Shown here one piece after another: positions 26,158 through 32,000 of a stretch of DNA of 32,000 nt (within the stretch, counting starts at the first letter, position 1; each line of letters opens with the position of its first letter). The stretch comes from Nitrososphaerota archaeon (lineage in GTDB: Archaea; Thermoproteota; Nitrososphaeria; Nitrososphaerales; UBA57): the NCBI GenBank assembly GCA_016871995.1, contig VHBL01000002.1, positions 132,708 through 164,707 of the forward strand, given 5' to 3'. The position numbers and the translations under genes are program-made. The notes beneath the pieces were generated by a model, which saw nothing but the letters and a program-made list of their open reading frames with translations, did no database searches and was not told the origin of the DNA.

Positions 26158-27360
26158 CTGATAGCAGGTGTCATAGGGAAGCCTAACACTGGCAAGTCCA
26201 CATTCTTCAATGCTGCGACTCTTCTTAATGTTGCAATGGCAAACTATCCCTTTACAACAATAACGCCGAACCTTGGCGTTGCGTATCTTAGAGTCAAATG
26301 CATACATCAAGAGCTTAATGTTCTAGATAACCCTCAAAATTCTCTGTGCGTTGAAGGAACCAGATTAATCCCCGTGAAACTTGTGGATGTTGCAGGGCTA
26401 GTACCTGGAGCCTCCAAAGGAAGAGGTCTGGGAAACAAGTTTCTTGATGACCTGCGCCAAGCAGACGCTTTGATTCATGTTGTAGACTCTTCGGGCTCTA
26501 CAGATGCGGAAGGAAAGAATGTCGAAGCTGGTAGCCACGACCCTCTGGAGGACATAAGCTTCGTAGAAGAGGAGTTTGATTTATGGTTGGCGGATATTGT
26601 GAGCAGAGATTGGGCTAAGATTGCCAGAGCGGCGGAGGCAGACAAGGGTAAATTCTTGCAGATGCTTTCCGAAAGGCTCAGCGGTTTATCCGTAAGACAA
26701 GAGCAGATCATAGTTGCTTCGGATAGATGCGCTCTAAAGCTTGACAAAGCTCTGCAGTGGAATGGCGATGATATCAAGCAGTTCTGCAGTGCATTAAGGC
26801 AGATTTCAAAACCCTCACTAATAGCAGCTAACAAAGCTGACCTACCTACAAGCAAGGCCAACATCGAGAAACTGCAAAAAGCGGAAAGACTTGTAATTCC
26901 TACTGCTGCAGAAGCAGAATTGTTGCTTAGAAGAGCATCAGAAAAGGGCTTGATACGCTACCTCCCGGGTGACAAGGACTTTGAGATTGTTGGAAAGAGC
27001 ATGTCTCCGCAGCAGACCAAGGCGCTGGAACTCGTGCGCGAGAGGGTGCTTTCTGCTTGGGGCTCTACTGGTGTGCAAGAAGTGATCAATAGCGTTTATC
27101 TTAGCCTGCTAAAGTGCATCGTAGTCTATCCTGTTGAGGATGAATCAAAATTCTCCGACAAGAAGGGTAATGTCTTGCCAGATGCAAGAGTTGTCCCGTT
27201 AGGTTCGACTGCTAAAGACCTAGCATATTCCATCCACACAGATCTAGGAGATAGTTTCCTTTACGCATTGGACGCAAAGACTGGAATGAGACTTGGTGCG
27301 GAGCATGAGCTGAAGAATTCTGATGTCATTAAAATTGTATCTACTGGCAGAAGGGGCTAA
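26158..27360 (+). CDS. Obg/YchF-like P-loop GTPase/ATPase with a C-terminal TGS-like domain; true start unresolved
   Basis: The in-frame sequence [20 protein letters not shown] (G1) precedes the first canonical start (ATG 26236). Also present: YPFTTITPN (G2), [10 protein letters not shown] (G3), NKAD (G4), and the end ..[12 protein letters not shown]. The 26158 (CTG) start is only a placeholder. Confidence 0.8.
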   Translation: MIAGVIGKPNTGKSTFFNAATLLNVAMANYPFTTITPNLGVAYLRVKCIHQELNVLDNPQNSLCVEGTRLIPVKLVDVAGLVPGASKGRGLGNKFLDDLRQADALIHVVDSSGSTDAEGKNVEAGSHDPLEDISFVEEEFDLWLADIVSRDWAKIARAAEADKGKFLQMLSERLSGLSVRQEQIIVASDRCALKLDKALQWNGDDIKQFCSALRQISKPSLIAANKADLPTSKANIEKLQKAERLVIPTAAEAELLLRRASEKGLIRYLPGDKDFEIVGKSMSPQQTKALELVRERVLSAWGSTGVQEVINSVYLSLLKCIVVYPVEDESKFSDKKGNVLPDARVVPLGSTAKDLAYSIHTDLGDSFLYALDAKTGMRLGAEHELKNSDVIKIVSTGRRG

Positions 27361-28007
27361 GCTGCCACAGCTTCTACTGCTTCCTCTTCTTCCTCTGGAG
27401 GAGCATTCACAGTTTCGCCTGGCCTTCGGATGAGTTTGGTCTTTCTTATCCCGACCTTTCTAACCTGACTGATTTTCTTAGCCGCTTCTTGGATGCCAGC
27501 AGCGACCTTCTCTTCAACGACTTCTTTGCAGAACAAATTGTAATTCAGTTCTTCGGTCTTCTTGCGCACTATTTCGTCAGCTGCAAGCCTGAGCGCATGC
27601 TTCTTTGAAGAATTAATTCTACCTTGAGTGAAAACAACCACATAGACTCTCACTAGAAAACCATCTTTTGTCTGGTAATCTCTGATAAAATTCACCATGG
27701 ATGAGCCTCTTCTAACCATGCTCCTCAGGTACTCCTTTGAGTATTCGTGGCCCTTCATTATTGTCTGGGCTTTATTCTCCCCAACCTTGTCTATCTGGAA
27801 ATAGAGTTTGATGGCATACTGCTGGGGATCCTGCTTTTGCAGATCAAATAGCGTGGTTTCTACAACTCTCCCTATGGCAGTTTCATCAGTAGTCAGAGGG
27901 ACGTAAGCTACAGGTGTATTACCAAACGGTGTTGGGGCTTCTATCACTACCCACTTCTTTTCACGCCATTTGTCCTTGATCTTTGTTCTGGTCTTTGCCT
28001 TCGGCAT
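27357..28007 (-). CDS. rps3ae: 30S ribosomal protein S3Ae (eS1)
   Basis: ..DKWREKKWVVIEAPTPFG.. and ..IGRVVETTLFDL..; 216 aa with an acidic tail. Confidence 0.9.
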   Translation of the reverse strand: MPKAKTRTKIKDKWREKKWVVIEAPTPFGNTPVAYVPLTTDETAIGRVVETTLFDLQKQDPQQYAIKLYFQIDKVGENKAQTIMKGHEYSKEYLRSMVRRGSSMVNFIRDYQTKDGFLVRVYVVVFTQGRINSSKKHALRLAADEIVRKKTEELNYNLFCKEVVEEKVAAGIQEAAKKISQVRKVGIRKTKLIRRPGETVNAPPEEEEEAVEAVAA

Positions 28008-28047
28008 TTTACCGACCTACCTTAAAGAGGGATGGATATAAGCCGTG

Positions 28048-29295
28048 CTACAGCTGCCAAGATTCCCCGTACTTTAGCTGCTCTTTCGTAGGCTCGTCTA
28101 TTTCAATTCCCATGGCTTCAAGGGCATTTTTTGCAACTTGGTCATCAATGTCCTTTGGGACATCTATAGCCTTCTTTGCCATAGACTTTCCTTTTTCGTA
28201 AATTCTTACTGCGGAAAGCAGTTGGTTCGAAAACGACATAGACATGACTTCTGGAGGGTGTCCTTCTGCAGCGACAAGGTTCGCAATTCTACCCTTCCCG
28301 ATAAGATACACCTTCTTCCCGTTCGGAAGCAGATATTCATCCACGTTGGGCCTGACTTCTTTGACCGATTTCGCCATTCCATTCAAACCCTTGACATCTA
28401 TTTCTACGTCAAAATGGCCTGCATTGGCGAGTATTGCCCCTTCTTTCATGCTTTTGATGTGTTCTGTCCTTATGATGTGTGTCTGGCCTGTAGCAGTGAT
28501 GAAAAAGTCGCCAATCTTTGCAGCCTCTGCCATCGGCATGACATCAAAGCCATCCATTCTTGCCTCTAAAGCCCTTATCGGGTCGACCTCCACAACTGCA
28601 GTCAAGGCACCCAAGCCTCTTGACCTGGTAGCTATGCCTCTTCCTACCCATCCATAACCGCAGACAACAACATTCTTGCCAGCCATAAGAAGGCTCGTAG
28701 CCCTTAAGATCCCGTCAAAAGTGCTCTGACCTGTCCCATATCGATTATCGAACAGATGTTTCGTTTGAGCGTTATTTACCGCGATTATGGGATAGCGCAA
28801 CTGGCCCGACTTTTCAAGTGCTTTTAACCTGATTACTCCTGTAGTAGTTTCTTCGGTTCCCCCGCGAGGTTTAAGGCTCTTGAACTCTTTTTCATCGTGG
28901 ATTGTAGCATGGGCATCGCAACCATCATCCATGACGACTTCTGGTCTGCCTCTCAAAATTTGCCTGATACAGTCCTGATACTCTTTGGGATTTTCCCCTC
29001 TCCACGCAAAGACATGGACACCTTGAGAAGCCAAGTAAGCTGCGACATCGTCCTGTGTCGATAGAGGGTTTGCAGCTGCAAGGTAGACATCTGCCCCTAA
29101 TTTTTTCAGACCCATGACGAGTACGGAGGTTTCTTTTGTAACATGCAGGCAGACTGCTATAGGCGCTCCGCCAAAATTAGATTTTTTTGCTGCATTCCCT
29201 ATCGTCTTTGCTAGAATTGGCATATGGTTGTAGGCCCATTGGTACTGCTTGGCCCCGCTTTTAGCGAGAGAAGCGTCTGCTATTTTGCTCTTCAT
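28048..29295 (-). CDS. ahcY: S-adenosyl-L-homocysteine hydrolase
   Basis: ..DDGCDAH.., TEETTTGV, NNAQTKHLFDNRYGTGQS, and the NAD-binding GYGWVGRGIA; 415 aa. Confidence 0.95.
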   Translation of the reverse strand: MKSKIADASLAKSGAKQYQWAYNHMPILAKTIGNAAKKSNFGGAPIAVCLHVTKETSVLVMGLKKLGADVYLAAANPLSTQDDVAAYLASQGVHVFAWRGENPKEYQDCIRQILRGRPEVVMDDGCDAHATIHDEKEFKSLKPRGGTEETTTGVIRLKALEKSGQLRYPIIAVNNAQTKHLFDNRYGTGQSTFDGILRATSLLMAGKNVVVCGYGWVGRGIATRSRGLGALTAVVEVDPIRALEARMDGFDVMPMAEAAKIGDFFITATGQTHIIRTEHIKSMKEGAILANAGHFDVEIDVKGLNGMAKSVKEVRPNVDEYLLPNGKKVYLIGKGRIANLVAAEGHPPEVMSMSFSNQLLSAVRIYEKGKSMAKKAIDVPKDIDDQVAKNALEAMGIEIDEPTKEQLKYGESWQL

Positions 29296-29423
29296 TTCTG
29301 AACGCCTTTATACACTCTGAATTTAAGGCTTATGAGTTGAGATATTATTTGGCCTTTGACCTACCGTGAGCATAGTCACCTGGTTAACTTCTATGGACGG
29401 GGGTTAGAATATGAAACCAAAAT

Positions 29424-29524
29424 TATCCATGTGTAGCTACTAGGCCCCCCTTTACATAAACTCAAAAAGTGACTAAGAAAACCTATCCCATGTGCAAAAA
29501 GTATCCCTCCCCCGTACATAAATA
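29424..29524 (+). promoter_or_regulatory. Two ~38-nt direct-repeat units (TATCC(C)ATGTG - N - CCCCC - TACATAAA) with a 60-nt period in the ahcY / PQQ-like divergent spacer
   Basis: Unit 1 is 29424-29460 and unit 2 is 29484-29524. An inverted partial copy (cccccgtccata on the minus strand) lies at 29392-29403. Confidence 0.45.
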
Positions 29525-29635
29525 GGCATGGGGTGAAAATTTCAGATGTTTTCCTTGAAGATGTAGATATCGCGTATTCACAATAATCTGCCTATATTTG
29601 CAAGGCTTATTAACAGCCACAATTCTTGCCAAGTC

Positions 29636-31999
29636 ATGACTCGACATATAGTCCTGAGTCTGTTTGTGGCGGCCATACTATTAGCTTCAGCGCTAATGGT
29701 GGCACTAACACCTCAAGTACAAGCATTCGACCCTGGTGGCCCTCCAGCAGGAGGAGCAGCACCAACAGTTGCAACGGGCAACTGGGAGTATGTCAACTAC
29801 CAACCAACAGGAGGCAGTTACAGTCCTCAGAACCAAATCAACAAGGATAATGTCCAATACTTGGAGACAAAATGGATCTATCCATACAGAGATGCGGTAG
29901 AAAAGACCACATGGACAGGGGTCCAGCGAGGTTCGGGAGCGCCTGTTATCGTAGTAGACGGTACAGTATATGTTCTGATGAGCGACAGGAGAATACTTGC
30001 CATAGATGCACAAAATGGCAGGTTGATATGGAATAATACATACGGCTTGACTTGGGATGCAGCGGCAGAGGTTGCAAAGTATCCATTCCTTCAAGGGGCA
30101 CGTGTGCATGGACATGCAATAAACTATTACCGTGACAAGGGTTGGCTTATCACTTCATCTATAGGCTCGTGCAATCTTTATGCTGTTGACGCAAAAACTG
30201 GAAAGACGGCATGGACTTTGAAAACTGAACAGATATGCGGCACAACTGCTGAATTCGGTGACCCATCAAAGGGGATTAAAGGAACTTTGGACATCGCTGG
30301 TTACTATTCCAGTATACACACACATCCTCCTCAATTCCTTGGCAACATAATGTTCTTCCCAGTTGGTAGTGCAAGCGGTGCAGGCGGGAGAGCATTCGTA
30401 ACGGCTTTTGACATGACTAATCCCGCGAACCCGACAAAACTCTATAGGACATGGGTCTTCCCTCCAGCTTCAGGCGATCCTGACTGGGCAATAAAGCAAT
30501 GCAATGAAGCAAATGGCAATGGATGGTACTTTGAGTATCCAAGATACCTCGAATCGATTAACTACCCAGCAAGAGACCGTGCTCCAACGTACCTTGCGAC
30601 AAAATGTACTGATGTTGCAGCAGATGTTGTCAGAAACGACTGGATGGACATGGTTCCTGGTTCGCCAACATTCGGCAAGATACACACAGCAAGTGCAATA
30701 TCACCAGTATGGGGCAACTATCCAATTGATCCTGAGAGTGGCATCGTAGCAATGGGATGGGGTGACGAAGGGCCATACACTAACCTGACACACAGATATG
30801 GACCAGCTATACATGGTAGTGGATTTACAGCTTTTGATGTCAGAACTGGCAAATTAGTATGGTGGTTCGATGCTCTAACAAGGGACCTATGGGACTACGA
30901 CTGCTCATGGGCAGGCATCATAGCAAACGTTCAAGGCAAGAAAGCATTTCTTAAAGGTTGCAAGCATGGGATCGTCTACGCACTTGACATGCTAACTGGC
31001 AAACCATTCTGGATATATGACGCACCAACTATAATCAGAGGCGGAAAGAATATCCAGACATACTATGGTGTAGGAGCAAACAACAGACCAACTGATCCAG
31101 AAGCATGTTGCAGAATGACTAAAGCAGATATGGGCAAGCCATGGATGAACTATCCAGCAAAAGGACCAATCGTCCAGAATTGCTACACTGTATGCCTTGA
31201 ATCTGACTTTGCATACGATGGGAAGATGGTCTATGTGGGTACGTTCAACCAAATGGGAACTCACAACTTTGGAAATGTAAGGCCATTCGGTAACAATGGT
31301 GTCGGTGGCACTCCAAGGACCGCATTCCCACAGCAGACTGAATGGATAGTCGATGCAAACGTTGATGCTGTAGACGTCAATACAGGCAGGAAAGTATGGT
31401 CTTACAAGGTAGAAAATGCAGCATTCAGAGGAGGAGTCATGGTTACTGGAGGCATGGTCGTTGTCTATGCTGCAGATGGCAACCTGAAGTTCCTAGACGC
31501 TGCGAGTGGTAAACTATTGCATGAGAAGTTCTTCGGTATCCCGGTCAGCGTCATGCCCACCGTGGGGGCTTCGAAAGACGGTAAGATGAAGATATTCGCC
31601 CACATCGGAGGTGGAGGAGGTTTCTTGGCTGCAAATAGCGCCGAGCTTGCAGGTAACCTAGTAGCCTTCGGTCTCCCTGACGTAATTCCACAACCTGCGG
31701 TCATAACAAAAGAAGTCATAAAGGAAGTACCAAAGGAAGTAGTGAAAGAAGTCATAAAGGAAGTGCCTAAAGAAGTCATAAAAGAAGTACCTAAAGAAGT
31801 GATCAAAGAAGTTCCCAAGGAAGTCATAAAGGAAGTGATCAAAGAAGTACCTAAAGAAGTGATCAAAGAAGTCATCAAGGAAGTACCAAAGGAAGTAACT
31901 GTAGAAACTATCAGCCCTATCTCATATGCCGCAATTGGTATAGGAGTAGTTCTGGTAGTAATATCAGGAGTACTGTTCAGCAGAAAGAAGAAGGCATAA
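29636..31999 (+). CDS. PQQ-dependent dehydrogenase-like 8-blade beta-propeller, secreted, with a (KEVx)16 stalk and C-terminal TM anchor (paralog 2, intact)
   Basis: Signal-like N-terminus MTRHIVLSLFVAAILLASALMVALTPQVQA. N-terminal quinoprotein signature ..GNWEYVNYQPTGGSYSPQNQINKDNVQYLETKWIY... Repeated A-x-D-x-x-T/N-G-K/R-x-x-W blades, DLWDYD, and a TM helix + RKKKA at the end. Confidence 0.85.
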   Translation: MTRHIVLSLFVAAILLASALMVALTPQVQAFDPGGPPAGGAAPTVATGNWEYVNYQPTGGSYSPQNQINKDNVQYLETKWIYPYRDAVEKTTWTGVQRGSGAPVIVVDGTVYVLMSDRRILAIDAQNGRLIWNNTYGLTWDAAAEVAKYPFLQGARVHGHAINYYRDKGWLITSSIGSCNLYAVDAKTGKTAWTLKTEQICGTTAEFGDPSKGIKGTLDIAGYYSSIHTHPPQFLGNIMFFPVGSASGAGGRAFVTAFDMTNPANPTKLYRTWVFPPASGDPDWAIKQCNEANGNGWYFEYPRYLESINYPARDRAPTYLATKCTDVAADVVRNDWMDMVPGSPTFGKIHTASAISPVWGNYPIDPESGIVAMGWGDEGPYTNLTHRYGPAIHGSGFTAFDVRTGKLVWWFDALTRDLWDYDCSWAGIIANVQGKKAFLKGCKHGIVYALDMLTGKPFWIYDAPTIIRGGKNIQTYYGVGANNRPTDPEACCRMTKADMGKPWMNYPAKGPIVQNCYTVCLESDFAYDGKMVYVGTFNQMGTHNFGNVRPFGNNGVGGTPRTAFPQQTEWIVDANVDAVDVNTGRKVWSYKVENAAFRGGVMVTGGMVVVYAADGNLKFLDAASGKLLHEKFFGIPVSVMPTVGASKDGKMKIFAHIGGGGGFLAANSAELAGNLVAFGLPDVIPQPAVITKEVIKEVPKEVVKEVIKEVPKEVIKEVPKEVIKEVPKEVIKEVIKEVPKEVIKEVIKEVPKEVTVETISPISYAAIGIGVVLVVISGVLFSRKKKA
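31709..31900 (+). repeat. 12-nt coding tandem repeat, 16 units encoding (K-E-V-I/V/P/T)
   Basis: KEVIKEVPKEVVKEVIKEVPKEVIKEVPKEVIKEVPKEVIKEVIKEVPKEVIKEVIKEVPKEVT, in the same position as the 10-unit array of paralog 1. Confidence 0.95.
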
Positions 32000-32000
32000 A

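Noticed and set aside
26135-26170. A BHB intron joining ATG 26135 to the P-loop frame of the GTPase (17-nt removal between the atcatag and ctgatag repeats)
   Set aside because: I tested all five equivalent junction placements in both BHB orientations. None gave a 4-bp central helix flanked by 3-nt bulges. The anomaly is kept as a finding without this mechanism.
29626-29850. A 74-aa ORF overlapping the start of PQQ-like paralog 2 in another frame
   Set aside because: It is an out-of-frame overlap with a strongly supported gene. It has a TTG start and a low-complexity Ser/Thr/Pro-rich translation.

Overview
This is an archaeal chromosomal segment. It carries archaeal-type aEF-2, SRP54, S3Ae, L15e, Pus10, Pth2 and AlaRS genes, TATA-like boxes about 22-28 nt upstream of start codons, and a bulge-helix-bulge (BHB) tRNA intron. 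Protein signatures suggest a thaumarchaeon or Nitrososphaeria-like organism, but that is inference only. Most of the window is housekeeping: a thrC-like / MoaD-ThiS carrier / E1-like operon, fusA, srp54, pus10, an ABC ATPase, alaS, leuS, tRNA-Thr, geranylgeranyl reductase, pth2, truD, an FNR-like reductase, rpl15e, a HAD hydrolase, an Obg/YchF-like GTPase, rps3ae and ahcY. This core is bracketed by two same-strand paralogs of a secreted, C-terminally membrane-anchored PQQ-dehydrogenase-like beta-propeller with a variable (K-E-V-x)n stalk; the first copy is frameshifted. Accessory pieces are a ~2.4 kb integrase plus triple C2HC zinc-finger cassette, and a MEDS-domain gene plus orphan SPPY DNA methyltransferase beside tRNA-Thr. 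The strongest observation concerns the essential aEF-2 gene. A structured 28-nt insert sits exactly inside the P-loop Lys codon, and its flanks fold as a BHB splicing motif. Canonical cleavage at that motif restores AHVDHGKTT and the reading frame, which points to a candidate endonuclease-spliced intron in a protein-coding mRNA. Other anomalies: a GTPase whose P-loop lies upstream of any canonical start codon, a 26-bp perfect tandem duplication that rewrites a gene's 3' end, a recurring C-run plus TATA promoter-like module, a TTGAC/GTCAA motif cluster, and many forced TTG starts. No CRISPR array or rRNA was seen.
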